A DNA stretch of 64,000 bases from Promethearchaeota archaeon. Lineage in GTDB: Archaea; Asgardarchaeota; Lokiarchaeia; Sigyniarchaeales; SOKP01. Of this stretch, positions 1 through 9,791 are shown piece after piece. Both the position numbers and the translations under genes were made by a program. The notes below the pieces were generated by a model. It saw only the letters and a program-made list of their open reading frames with translations, was not told the origin of the DNA and did no database searches. The first letter of the stretch is position 1; every line of letters starts with the position of its first letter. The stretch is taken from assembly GCA_048940805.1 (NCBI GenBank), contig JBHLOF010000007.1, positions 287 to 64,286 of the forward strand, read 5' to 3'.

Positions 1-83
1 ACTTTTTTTTACGTTTTATAAAAATATATTAATTTATCAATGATTAAGAAATATATATTGAAAAAGATTGTAGTGTTTAGAAA

Positions 84-656
84 ATGGGAGAAAAAAAACA
101 CCGTAAACATATTATCTGGGGAATTACTGGGACTGGCTACGTTTTAGATGAATGCATTGACTTAATGAGAGAATTAGAAGATGATCCAGCTATAGATTTA
201 ACAGTTATTCTTACAAAAGAGGGTGCTGCTGTGGTAAAATGGTATAAAAAGTGGTTAACTTTAACGGAAGCCGTTCAAAAAGTTAAAGTGGAGAAGACAC
301 CAAATATTCCTTTTTACGCAGGTCCACTGCAAATCGGAAAGTATGATATGTTTTTAGTCTGCCCTGTATCTGCTAACTCGGTGGCTAAAATTGTCCAAGG
401 AATAGCAGATACATTGATTACTAATTGTGTAGCACAGGCTATTAAAGGAGGAATGACAGTACACATATTTCCTTCAGATCAAGACCTAGAACCTATAACC
501 ACTACAAGACCAGATGGGGCTCCTTTAGTACTTAAGATACGTGATATTGAATTGGAAAATATCAAAAAATTAAAAAAAATGGAAGGAATTAAAGTAATTC
601 CCGAATTTTCTAAAGTTAGGGAAATAATTTATCGCAAACTAAAAGAAGAAAAATGA
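84..656 (+). CDS. afpA: Archaeal flavoprotein (AfpA/HFCD family)
   Basis: WGITGTG start, CPVSANSVAKIVQGIADTLITN FMN-binding motif, PSD motif. Confidence 0.8.
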   Translation: MGEKKHRKHIIWGITGTGYVLDECIDLMRELEDDPAIDLTVILTKEGAAVVKWYKKWLTLTEAVQKVKVEKTPNIPFYAGPLQIGKYDMFLVCPVSANSVAKIVQGIADTLITNCVAQAIKGGMTVHIFPSDQDLEPITTTRPDGAPLVLKIRDIELENIKKLKKMEGIKVIPEFSKVREIIYRKLKEEK

Positions 657-776
657 AATACCACCTTTACTTTTCTGTTTTTTTTAGATGATTAATAACA
701 CATAATTTTATAGAGGTTTATTATTTTGAAACACATAAGGATACTAATTTAGGATAATTACTTTATATCGTATGAT

Positions 777-1616
777 ATGAGCCTTCAAAATATAAAAAGC
801 AAGATTGTTAAAAATTTAAAAGGAATAATCCCAGAATTACGAAAAGAGGATTTTAATTTCAATTTGATTGAGTTAAAGAGCAGAAAAAACACGGTTCTCA
901 ATCTAATTTTTGATAAAAAGCCCTTGAATTTTCCACAAGAGATGGTTATTAAAATTTTCAGAACAAAAAATATTGTAAGCGAATATAATATCTTAACAAG
1001 GCTAAAAAACCAAAATTTTCATGTTCCTATAATATATGCCTTAAAAAAGCCGTATTTAATCTTAGAAAAAGTCGATGGGATTAATCTATGTGATTTTATC
1101 AATAACAATTTAAGAGATACAGAAAAATTGGAGGATATAGATCCTGAGTTAAGACTACGGATAATTGAAGGTGTTGAAAAACTCGCAGAATGGCTTGCTC
1201 AATTACATAGAAAAAATACAGCGACCAAAAGGCGAACCGATGAATTATTAGTTTTAAACAAAGGGGACACCAGATTACGAGATTTCATTTATAATGATGC
1301 AAACAATATTTTATATGCAGTAGATTTTGAAGATGCTTTTCAAGGCTCACATATGGATGATCTTGCTTGGATCTGTTGTTCTTTACTGGACACGTCACCG
1401 GGATTATTTGATATGGAAGAACCTAAGCATAAAATTGATCTTATAAATGCATTTTTGAGAAGATATTACAGATCTAACCCTGATTTTCAATTTGATTTCA
1501 ATTATTTTACAGAGAGAATGATAGGTCATTTGAATATAGTAATAGAGAGACGAAATCTTCCTTTTGGACCAATAAGAACAACCTCCTTCATTGAGGATAT
1601 TCCGAGTAAGTTATAA
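777..1616 (+). CDS. Protein kinase-like/phosphotransferase fold protein
   Basis: VIKIF lysine, LILEKVDG hinge, LAQLH, KGDTRLRDF catalytic-loop-like segment, VDFE, DDLA. Confidence 0.7.
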   Translation: MSLQNIKSKIVKNLKGIIPELRKEDFNFNLIELKSRKNTVLNLIFDKKPLNFPQEMVIKIFRTKNIVSEYNILTRLKNQNFHVPIIYALKKPYLILEKVDGINLCDFINNNLRDTEKLEDIDPELRLRIIEGVEKLAEWLAQLHRKNTATKRRTDELLVLNKGDTRLRDFIYNDANNILYAVDFEDAFQGSHMDDLAWICCSLLDTSPGLFDMEEPKHKIDLINAFLRRYYRSNPDFQFDFNYFTERMIGHLNIVIERRNLPFGPIRTTSFIEDIPSKL

Positions 1617-1710
1617 TCCCAAATAAAATATCTAAAAATCAAAATTTAATAATCAGTACACTATTATTTTATAAAATTATAATTTAACAATTTTTAAAGG
1701 AGAATTTAAT

Positions 1711-2457
1711 ATGAGTCTTACCGACACGAAATCATCATTAAAAAAAATACTTTCAATTATTGAGGAACTAAATGGATTAAATTCAAATTCAGTTCCGAAG
1801 CTACAATCTCAACCTACAAATATTCTTGGAAATATTGAGAGACTTGAGGAGGAGAAAGCCAATAATTTAAAAATTATTGAAGCGAATGATGACGAAATAA
1901 ATTCATTAAAAAATAAGATCTCTCAAAATCAAAGAGATGTCGCGTCAATCGAAGAAAATAATGTTGAGCTTACGGTTCAACGTCAAACTCTTCTTGATAA
2001 AATTCAGGATGCCCAAAATGAATTAAATGAAACGCAAACTAAGATTACAGCTTGTAAAGACGAATGGGCTACTCGCAATAGTCGTTTAGAAGAATTAGAA
2101 AACAGACTAGTAGAATTAAAAGATATTCAAGAGAAATTTGATAATCAGATGAAAGAACTGGAGTCTCAACTTCAAGGAGATTTGGAAAAAAAAGAAAAAT
2201 TTAGCAATTCCTATGCAATACGGGCAGCTGCTATGAAATCTTTAATTAAAGCGGGTTATATCCAATCTCCTCAGCTCAAAGTAATTAATTCATTAGTACC
2301 ACACGCAACTTTAGAAATTAAAGGATTGGTCTCAGCAAGTGGTTTACGGGAGGACGTGTTTAGAAATATAATCGTTAAAATGGTTCAAAAAAATGGACCA
2401 ATTGAATATGATGAAACAAGTGGAACAGTTACCTTAAAAGGGGAGGTTGACTTCTAA
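1711..2457 (+). CDS. Long coiled-coil protein with C-terminal winged-helix-like domain
   Basis: Heptad-rich E/K/Q/L body of about 170 aa, then HTH-like helices and IEYDETSGTVTL wing; AAGGAG upstream. Confidence 0.65.
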   Translation: MSLTDTKSSLKKILSIIEELNGLNSNSVPKLQSQPTNILGNIERLEEEKANNLKIIEANDDEINSLKNKISQNQRDVASIEENNVELTVQRQTLLDKIQDAQNELNETQTKITACKDEWATRNSRLEELENRLVELKDIQEKFDNQMKELESQLQGDLEKKEKFSNSYAIRAAAMKSLIKAGYIQSPQLKVINSLVPHATLEIKGLVSASGLREDVFRNIIVKMVQKNGPIEYDETSGTVTLKGEVDF

Positions 2458-3185
2458 TGAGTTCACAAGATATTCTAGCCTTAATCGAGCAATTTGAAAC
2501 TGCTTATGATACCTATTGGCAAGTATTGCAAAAACACAATGAGGAAGTACTATTACAGTTAAGAGAAGCTTGGCGTTATATGCAAGCTGAACAAAAAGAA
2601 GAAGAAACGATTAAAGAAACATTATCTGCACAGAATTCAGAGTTGACTGAATTAAGAACAAAATCAGAAGAATTAGATAGAACAATAGAAGGTCTTAAAA
2701 CAAAAAAGGAGGAATTGAATTCAAAGATATCTGAATTAACTACCTCTTTAGAAACAAATGTTAATGATTTGAAAAAACCTGCTTTTGAACTGAACCAATT
2801 TGAAGAAAAACTTAGTTCTGTAAACGAAAAAATAACAAACAAAGAGGAAGAGAAAACAGCATTAGACCAGAAAACTGTGGAAAATGAAAACAGAGAAATT
2901 GAATTAAAAAATACTTATCAGAAAAAGATGGATGAATTAGAAGCTAAGATTGATCAACTAAGACAGCAGAATTTCTTTACATCATTTTTAATCGAAAATA
3001 GTGACGAAACCATATCCGAAGTAGATATTCTTGCAACAATCATGGAAAAAGGAGAATCCAAATTAGATGATTTGAAAAAACTTCTTGATGTTCCACCAAT
3101 AATGGCAGTTAGGACAATAAAGCAACTTGCTGTTAAGGGAATTCTTAACCTTGATGAAAACAGTGGAAGAGTTACTCTACCTTAA
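2457..3185 (+). CDS. Long coiled-coil protein with C-terminal winged-helix-like domain (probable paralog of upstream gene)
   Basis: Same architecture, ends LAVKGILNLDENSGRVTLP; TAATG stop/start overlap, GGAGGT upstream. Confidence 0.65.
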   Translation: MSSQDILALIEQFETAYDTYWQVLQKHNEEVLLQLREAWRYMQAEQKEEETIKETLSAQNSELTELRTKSEELDRTIEGLKTKKEELNSKISELTTSLETNVNDLKKPAFELNQFEEKLSSVNEKITNKEEEKTALDQKTVENENREIELKNTYQKKMDELEAKIDQLRQQNFFTSFLIENSDETISEVDILATIMEKGESKLDDLKKLLDVPPIMAVRTIKQLAVKGILNLDENSGRVTLP

Positions 3186-3189
3186 GAAT

Positions 3190-3212
3190 CTTTTTTTATT
3201 CTTATTTTTTAT
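3190..3212 (+). terminator. T-rich archaeal-type terminator
   Basis: ctttttttattcttattttttat directly after the stop codon, between convergent genes. Confidence 0.45.
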
Positions 3213-3233
3213 CCTTGTTATTTATTAAATGTT

Positions 3234-3986
3234 TTAATTCCAGGAAATAATATCGTCTAGAAATGATGTCTTTCCCATTAATTTGTATTTCTTTTCAATG
3301 ATTTGTTCAAGAATATCGAGAATTATTTGAGTGGAGTCTTTTATGAATTTATCCATTTCCTCCTTTTTTAGATATATATATTCTTTCTTTAACACTTTTT
3401 TATACTCTTCTTCAGAGATTTGGTAGAATTTTTTAATGAATTCCAATTGGCGTAAAATTGCTTCCCGTGGTAAAAAATCAAGGAAATCTTCATTATATTC
3501 AGCATTGAGAAAGTCTGTCCAGAATAAAGAATCCTTGTTCTCTGTTAGATACATCTTATCCAAGTCATACCAATCAGATTTCACCTTCCAAATAAATTTT
3601 GGATCTAAACGAAGCTCATTAAGATGCTCTTCCTTTAAAGGCTTCATGATATAGTAATTCCATAAGTTATCTGTTAAGAGATGATTGAAGTAACCAAATT
3701 TGAAGGTTTGGCTACTACTCAAGGAATTTATGTTGAGATCTGTCAAATATTTTGAGAAAAATTCAGTATCTTTAAGGATGAATTTGTCTAACTTAATTAC
3801 CATAAACTCTTCCTTTGAAATGGTGAAGTGGGAAATGTCTTTAGGTGGGGTAAAAGAAGTGCGGTTATTGTTAGGGATTCCACAATCAGGAGCGATAGTT
3901 CCTATTGCAAAAATACCTCTATTTAATTTTGTATATTTTCGCAAAATATTTTCTGCAATGCGAAAGTGAGCTCCCCACGTCGCCAT
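3234..3986 (-). CDS. Zinc-dependent phospholipase C-like hydrolase
   Basis: N-terminal WGAH, GTIAPD, SHF, GYFNHLLTD metal-ligand pattern. Confidence 0.7.
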   Translation of the reverse strand: MATWGAHFRIAENILRKYTKLNRGIFAIGTIAPDCGIPNNNRTSFTPPKDISHFTISKEEFMVIKLDKFILKDTEFFSKYLTDLNINSLSSSQTFKFGYFNHLLTDNLWNYYIMKPLKEEHLNELRLDPKFIWKVKSDWYDLDKMYLTENKDSLFWTDFLNAEYNEDFLDFLPREAILRQLEFIKKFYQISEEEYKKVLKKEYIYLKKEEMDKFIKDSTQIILDILEQIIEKKYKLMGKTSFLDDIISWN

Positions 3987-4075
3987 GATAATCTATTTTA
4001 AGAAATAAGTTTATGTTTATAAATATAAATGAATGAATTTATATCATTTTATTTAAAATTATACTCAGCCAGTAG

Positions 4076-4897
4076 ATGAGAAGAAGCATGGAAACCCCTG
4101 TAGGCAGTGATAAATGGTTTGAAGTCATTAAACAAAAGGATTATTTATATATAATTCGAGAACGTTTAGATGAAATTGATCCTCGCTTTTATACCACTTA
4201 TGACAATCTATATTTAATTCTAGGATCTCATTCTGCAATGTTAATTGATACGGGGTGCGGAATTTACCCCCTAAAGCCAATAATCAGTGAAATTATCAAA
4301 GATAAAATCTTATTTGTGGTTAACACACACTCGCATTTTGATCATATTGGTGGTAACTATGAATTTGATACAATATTGATACATGATGGAGAATTAAAAG
4401 CAATAAGAAGACCGACAAGTGTTACCTTTTTACAAGATTCACCCAAAGAAATTACAAAGCGTTATCAGAATAAAAGATATACTATACCCCCAGCCAATAG
4501 TGTTAAATCTATAGTTGATAAAGAAATCATAAAATTGGGAGGTATTAATGTTGAAGTTATTCATACACCAGGACATTCGAAAGGTTCGATTTCTTTATTA
4601 ACTAACACTGATGAACTATTCACTGGTGACACTGCACATTATGGTGCTATGTATGTTTCACTAAAAGAGTTTCCTACTCATCTTGCGAGTATTTCAAAAT
4701 TATTAAATCTATTTCAAGATAATAAAAAGATTGAAATTTATCCCTCACACGAGCAATTTGCTGTGGGTAAAGATTTGTTATTCCATCTTAGTAAAGGTAT
4801 TAAAAACATTGAAAAGATATGGGATACAAAATTATGGGATGATTACATTGAAGCATGGTTTTTAGCTGATGAGAATTTTAAATATTTAGTGTTTTGA
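4076..4897 (+). CDS. MBL-fold metallo-hydrolase
   Basis: LIDTG, THSHFDHIGG, HTPGHS, FTGD, PSH. Confidence 0.9.
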   Translation: MRRSMETPVGSDKWFEVIKQKDYLYIIRERLDEIDPRFYTTYDNLYLILGSHSAMLIDTGCGIYPLKPIISEIIKDKILFVVNTHSHFDHIGGNYEFDTILIHDGELKAIRRPTSVTFLQDSPKEITKRYQNKRYTIPPANSVKSIVDKEIIKLGGINVEVIHTPGHSKGSISLLTNTDELFTGDTAHYGAMYVSLKEFPTHLASISKLLNLFQDNKKIEIYPSHEQFAVGKDLLFHLSKGIKNIEKIWDTKLWDDYIEAWFLADENFKYLVF

Positions 4898-4927
4898 ATA
4901 TGAAAAATTTAAAGGTAGTGATAATAT

Positions 4928-5743
4928 TTGAATAAAAAATATTTTAAGGCAAATAAAGAACTATGGGATGAGTTTGCTAGGTTACACTATGAAATAGAGA
5001 GTGAAGAATACAGTGTAAAATCATTTTTATTGGGACAAACTACTTTAAAAGCTTACGAATTGAAAGAGATGGGAGATGTGAAAGGTAAATCCCTATTACA
5101 TCTTCAATGCCACTTTGGTCTTGACACACTTTCATGGGCAAGAGAAGGAGCTATAGTTACAGGAATTGATATTTCTAGTGAAAGTATTCGATTAGCAAAA
5201 TTATTGACTAGACAAGCTAAACTCGAAGCTCGTTTCATTGAAACGAATGTTTATGATTTACCTAATGTTCTATCTGAAACATTTGATATTGTGTATACAT
5301 CAATTGGAGTTCTCTGTTGGCTAAATGATTTGAAGGAATGGGGCAAAATTATTGCTAAGTTCCTAAAACCCGGTGGATTTTTTTACATCGCTGAAATTCA
5401 TCCATTTTCAATGGTCTTTGATAATGAAACTGAGGATATTAAAGACCTTCAGGTTAATTGCGATTATTTTCATGATCCGAAACCTATGGAATTTACAGCT
5501 AATGGATCATATGGTTCAAACGTTAAAATTGACCCTAAAAAGGAATATGAATGGAATCATAGCATGTCTGATATAGTAAATTCATTAATTGAAGCTGGTT
5601 TGAAAATTAACTTTCTAAATGAATACCCCTTTACAGTTTGGAAACAATTTCCTTTTGTAGAGCGCGGTGATGATGGGTATTATCACTTAAAAAATCAAAA
5701 AGCTGAAGTTCCTCTTTTATTTACCTTAAAAGCAGAAAAGTGA
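4928..5743 (+). CDS. Class I SAM-dependent methyltransferase
   Basis: LLHLQCHFGLDT, GIDIS, FDIVYTS, LKPGG. Confidence 0.85.
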   Translation: MNKKYFKANKELWDEFARLHYEIESEEYSVKSFLLGQTTLKAYELKEMGDVKGKSLLHLQCHFGLDTLSWAREGAIVTGIDISSESIRLAKLLTRQAKLEARFIETNVYDLPNVLSETFDIVYTSIGVLCWLNDLKEWGKIIAKFLKPGGFFYIAEIHPFSMVFDNETEDIKDLQVNCDYFHDPKPMEFTANGSYGSNVKIDPKKEYEWNHSMSDIVNSLIEAGLKINFLNEYPFTVWKQFPFVERGDDGYYHLKNQKAEVPLLFTLKAEK

Positions 5744-5955
5744 AATCTCTTTTGAAGAATTTAATTTTAATGAGAATCTAATTCTTTCTTATTTTCTTGT
5801 TAAACATCATTTTTTCAGAAAAGGCAAGGTAGATTTTTTCTACAACTTTTAATTTTTATACGACCTATTTTTAATGTTGTATTTCATAACTTTTTTATTA
5901 AATTAGAATTTAGAGTATGTTAAATCTCCATATAAATTAATTATGCCTATATGTT

Positions 5956-6753
5956 ATGATAAACCTAAAACTTTCTAAAAGAGTTTTAATACCATCTGTG
6001 TTAGGATTAATTGGTCTTATTACCGTTATAATATCAGAAATTATAAACCAAACTCAAGGATCAAAGATTGTTTTCCTTGTTTGGCTTGCCAGCATTTTTG
6101 TAACAATATCTACTTTAATTATTAGATTTTACTCTATTGATCCTAAAAAGTTTGCAGATATTATAATCAGCACTAATCCTATTGATAATCGTCAATTAAA
6201 ACCACAAAGGTTTTTGAATTGGATTCTGATTTCAATGATCGTTGGACTTATCGCTACTATTACTATTCATTATGATTTTATCATCGGAGTTATTGTATAT
6301 TTATTAATGCAATTCTCTTTAATAACTGCTTTTTCAGGAATTTTCTTGGTTGGCCCACGAGCTCCATTAAGTCATCCAAAATTTCGTCGTGTTTTTATAA
6401 TATCTATAGTATTTTGGGCTATACTTATACCTGTACTCTTCATTGTATTTGTTTGGAGTGATATAGAGTCTCTTATAGTAATCCCCTATGTAGCTACAAT
6501 TGGTGCTATGGCATGTATTTCTTGGTTTGGATTAGGTTATACTCAAAGATCTATGATATTTCGTGCGATGATTGTTACAGCCTCAGCATTATTCATTTTT
6601 TCTGATTTGTTAATTGGGAACGCAAGATACGGGCGATTTCAACTTAACATAAATTTCTTTATAGATATTACCTATGTGATTAATATTCTACTAATGTCAC
6701 ATGCTATACTCTTTTTAAGAGATGATTCTAATCTTAGCCCTCTAAAAGATTAA
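5956..6753 (+). CDS. Multi-pass membrane protein, YhhN/lysoplasmalogenase-like
   Basis: About 8 hydrophobic segments; ALFIFSDLLIG and downstream TY motif. Confidence 0.5.
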   Translation: MINLKLSKRVLIPSVLGLIGLITVIISEIINQTQGSKIVFLVWLASIFVTISTLIIRFYSIDPKKFADIIISTNPIDNRQLKPQRFLNWILISMIVGLIATITIHYDFIIGVIVYLLMQFSLITAFSGIFLVGPRAPLSHPKFRRVFIISIVFWAILIPVLFIVFVWSDIESLIVIPYVATIGAMACISWFGLGYTQRSMIFRAMIVTASALFIFSDLLIGNARYGRFQLNINFFIDITYVINILLMSHAILFLRDDSNLSPLKD

Positions 6754-6829
6754 TTTACCAATATTTAAATCCCAAATTTTCTTTTTTTCTCGGTAAATTT
6801 ATAAGTAATTTGTGATTTAAACACATAAC

Positions 6830-6859
6830 TTTCGATGTGTATGCATATTCATATCGAAA
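6830..6859 (+). promoter_or_regulatory. Inverted repeat, ModE-box-like operator upstream of tupA
   Basis: tttCGATGTGTA-tgcata-TTCATATCGaaa has the CGnTATATA-N6-TATATAnCG spacing. Confidence 0.55.
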
Positions 6860-6880
6860 ATTTAAACAAAAAATTAACAA

Positions 6881-7912
6881 ATGAATATGTCATCAAGAAA
6901 ATCTTTAAAAGAAACTATAATTGAGCATAAAACAGCTGTGATTATAGCATTAATTATTATCGCAGGGGGTTCAATTGGAACTTACTTCGCAATAGACTAT
7001 CTGAATGCCCAAAATCCAGAAAGAATCACATTAGCAACAACTACATCTACTTATGATTCAGGATTATTAGATTTTTTGCTACCCGAGTTTACTGAAAAAA
7101 CGGGAATTCAAATCAAGGTATTATCAGTTGGTACAGGAACGGCAATTCAGTATGGTAAAGATGGGAATGCTGATGTAATTCTTGTCCATTCTAGACCTAG
7201 AGAGGATGACTTCGTTAATGCAAGTTTAGGTGTGAATGGTTTAGCATATGGAATTCATAGAGCATGTGTAATGTTTAACGATTTTATTTTAGTTGGGCAT
7301 TTTTCTAACCCTGCTAATTTACAACCTGGAGACAACATAACAACTGTTATGACAAAACTTAAAGCTGCTATGGATGCGGGGAATATGACTTTTTACTCGA
7401 GAGGAGATAATTCCGGTACCCATTCAAAAGAAAAGGAGTTATGGGCTGAAATAGGTGTGGTAGCAGCGACTGAATGGGCTGCTCAACCAGATAAGTATAC
7501 CGAAACAGGGCAAGGGATGGCAGCAACATTATTAATGACTTATGAAGATGTTGATGCGAATCATGAAGGATATACTCTTGTTGATAGAGGAACTTGGCTT
7601 TCATTTAATGATACTTATACTTCTTTAGAAATTTTAGCCGAATCTGTTATAGGTGAAGATAAATTACTAAACCCATATGGAGTTATACCAATAAATCCGG
7701 TCCTGCATCCACATGTAAAATATGTTTCAGCTTGTCGATTTGTAGGTTTTTTAACTTCTCAATATGGTCAAGATCTAATCAATTCATACCGGAAAAATAA
7801 TGCTGTGCTATTTCATGGCAGTTTTGGAACCTGTGCTAGTAATTATAGCTGTTCAACTACAGATGATGAAATTGCATTATGGACTCCGTTCCAAGGAGAA
7901 TTTAATAACTAA
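6881..7912 (+). CDS. tupA: Tungstate ABC transporter substrate-binding protein
   Basis: LATTTSTYDSGLLD, GTG, SRGDNSGTH motifs; N-terminal membrane anchor. Confidence 0.92.
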   Translation: MNMSSRKSLKETIIEHKTAVIIALIIIAGGSIGTYFAIDYLNAQNPERITLATTTSTYDSGLLDFLLPEFTEKTGIQIKVLSVGTGTAIQYGKDGNADVILVHSRPREDDFVNASLGVNGLAYGIHRACVMFNDFILVGHFSNPANLQPGDNITTVMTKLKAAMDAGNMTFYSRGDNSGTHSKEKELWAEIGVVAATEWAAQPDKYTETGQGMAATLLMTYEDVDANHEGYTLVDRGTWLSFNDTYTSLEILAESVIGEDKLLNPYGVIPINPVLHPHVKYVSACRFVGFLTSQYGQDLINSYRKNNAVLFHGSFGTCASNYSCSTTDDEIALWTPFQGEFNN

Positions 7913-7939
7913 ATATTTTGTGAATTTTAACTTTTCATT

Positions 7940-8638
7940 ATGGCTAATGAAATTATAGAGGGAATTTTAGAAGCTTTTCGTTTAATTTTCACCTTCGATC
8001 CCGAAGTGTGGGGTGTTATTGCAGTTTCATTCCGTGTTTCACTAACCTCAACTTTTCTTGCTGCATTAGTAGCTTTACCAATAGGTTCTTATATTGGATT
8101 AAGAAAGTTTAGAGGAAAGAAAGAGGTTACGAATCTAATAAATACATTTATGGGTTTTCCTCCCGTAGTTATGGGATTAATTGTATATTTATTGCTTTCT
8201 CGGAATGGTATATTTGGTTCTTTGGGATTGTTGTATTCTACAACCGCAATGATTTTAGCCCAATTTCTTTTAGCGATTCCAATTATTGTTGGAACATCAA
8301 AAGCGGCTATAGAAAGTGTTGATCCCGCTTTAAAAGAAACAATTCTTTCATTAGGAGCAAATCAACGCCAATTATGGTGGGAATTAATAAAACATTCTAG
8401 GATGTCTATAATTGCTGGATATCTTGTAGCATTTGGTCAGGCAATCTCAGAAGTAGGAGCAGTAATGATAGTCGGTGGAAACATACGATGGGAAACAAGA
8501 ACTTTCACTACATCAATTGTGTTACAGACACGTCAGGGAGAATTTGGCATGGCAATTGCACTAGGAGTTATTCTTATTTTAGTTGCATTTATAGTAAATT
8601 ATGGATTGACTCGATTACAAACAAAAGTGGGGGATTAA
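7940..8638 (+). CDS. tupB: Tungstate ABC transporter permease
   Basis: MGFPPVVMGL, SEVGAVMIVGGNI..ETR. Confidence 0.92.
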   Translation: MANEIIEGILEAFRLIFTFDPEVWGVIAVSFRVSLTSTFLAALVALPIGSYIGLRKFRGKKEVTNLINTFMGFPPVVMGLIVYLLLSRNGIFGSLGLLYSTTAMILAQFLLAIPIIVGTSKAAIESVDPALKETILSLGANQRQLWWELIKHSRMSIIAGYLVAFGQAISEVGAVMIVGGNIRWETRTFTTSIVLQTRQGEFGMAIALGVILILVAFIVNYGLTRLQTKVGD

Positions 8639-9731
8639 AATAAAACTACTGGAAGTCAATAATCTTGAAAAAGAATTTCACAAGTCGGACAAATCTGTAA
8701 TAAAAGTACTCTCGAATATCAGCTTTCACGTTAATAAGGGGGAGTGTTTTGTTATAATTGGACCAAATGGAAGCGGAAAAACCACATTATTAAGACTTTT
8801 AGGCCTTCTTGATAAGCCAACAAAAGGAACGATCTATTATAATGGAAATAATCTACAAAATATTTCCAGAAAAGAAAGTGTAAAAGTCAGAAGGAACTTT
8901 TCCTTTGTAAGGCAAAAACCTGTGGTTCGTGATACATCCGTATTTAACAACATTAAATATGGTCTAAAGATTCGTGGATTAAAATATGAGGAATATAATG
9001 AAAGAGTAAATGAAATTATTGAATTTGTAGGATTAAAAAGTATGGAACAGAAAAATGCAAGGGCGTTGTCAGGTGGAGAAATGCAACGTGTCGCAATAGC
9101 AATGAATTTCGTTATCAATCCTGATATTTATCTTTTAGACGAAGTTTCGGCTAATTTGGATTCAATGAACATTAAACTACTTGACGATTTCATTACAAAG
9201 ATAAAGCAAGATAAAAATAAGACTATTATCATGAGCACTCACGATCCCCTTGAAGCGATCAAGTATGCCGATCGTATTGCAGTCTTAAGTGAGGGAGAAT
9301 TCACACAATTAGGAACACCAAATGAAATATTTACTGCACCTAAGGATGAATTCACAGCTCTATTTGTAGGATATGAAAATATTTTTCCAGGTATTGCGAA
9401 ATTTGATAAAATTACAGGATTAAACCAAATAAAAATCAATGATTTGATAGTTTTTGCCTCGAGTCAAGTAGAAGGTAATGTAAAAGTGTGCATACGCCCA
9501 GAAAGTATTGGTATCATCAAAAATCCTCCAAAAAGTACAAGTGTTAGAAATACGTTTAAAGGGCGAATAGAAACCATTCGTGATTTAGGTAATATATGTC
9601 ACGTGATTGTTAGCTGTGGAACTGATAAATTTCTAACAACAATAACAGAACTTTCAAAAAAGAAATTAAATCTTAGAATCGGTACTGAAGTATATATCAA
9701 TTTTAAAGCAACAGATGTCAAATTATTATGA
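8634..9731 (+). CDS. tupC: Tungstate ABC transporter ATPase with C-terminal TOBE domain; start moved upstream to ATT 8634 or ATA 8640
   Basis: Walker A GPNGSGKTT lies in frame upstream of the track start at 8922; LSGGE, LLDE, TOBE-like tail. Confidence 0.85.
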   Translation: MKIKLLEVNNLEKEFHKSDKSVIKVLSNISFHVNKGECFVIIGPNGSGKTTLLRLLGLLDKPTKGTIYYNGNNLQNISRKESVKVRRNFSFVRQKPVVRDTSVFNNIKYGLKIRGLKYEEYNERVNEIIEFVGLKSMEQKNARALSGGEMQRVAIAMNFVINPDIYLLDEVSANLDSMNIKLLDDFITKIKQDKNKTIIMSTHDPLEAIKYADRIAVLSEGEFTQLGTPNEIFTAPKDEFTALFVGYENIFPGIAKFDKITGLNQIKINDLIVFASSQVEGNVKVCIRPESIGIIKNPPKSTSVRNTFKGRIETIRDLGNICHVIVSCGTDKFLTTITELSKKKLNLRIGTEVYINFKATDVKLL

Positions 9732-9759
9732 TTAAATTTTTAAGAAATTTCAAATTATC

Positions 9760-9783
9760 CGATATGTACAGATAAACATAAAG
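9760..9783 (+). promoter_or_regulatory. Second ModE-like site upstream of moaC
   Basis: CGATATGTA-cagata-AACATAAAG resembles the tupA site. Confidence 0.35.
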
Positions 9784-9791
9784 CACCTACA

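Noticed and set aside
1711-3185. Broken SMC/Rad50 gene
   Set aside because: No Walker A/B, signature, hinge or zinc-hook motif; each ORF has its own SD-like sequence and C-terminal domain
8620-8645. tupB-tupC frameshift fusion
   Set aside because: It would need a +1 shift with no recognisable signal; separate initiation is simpler
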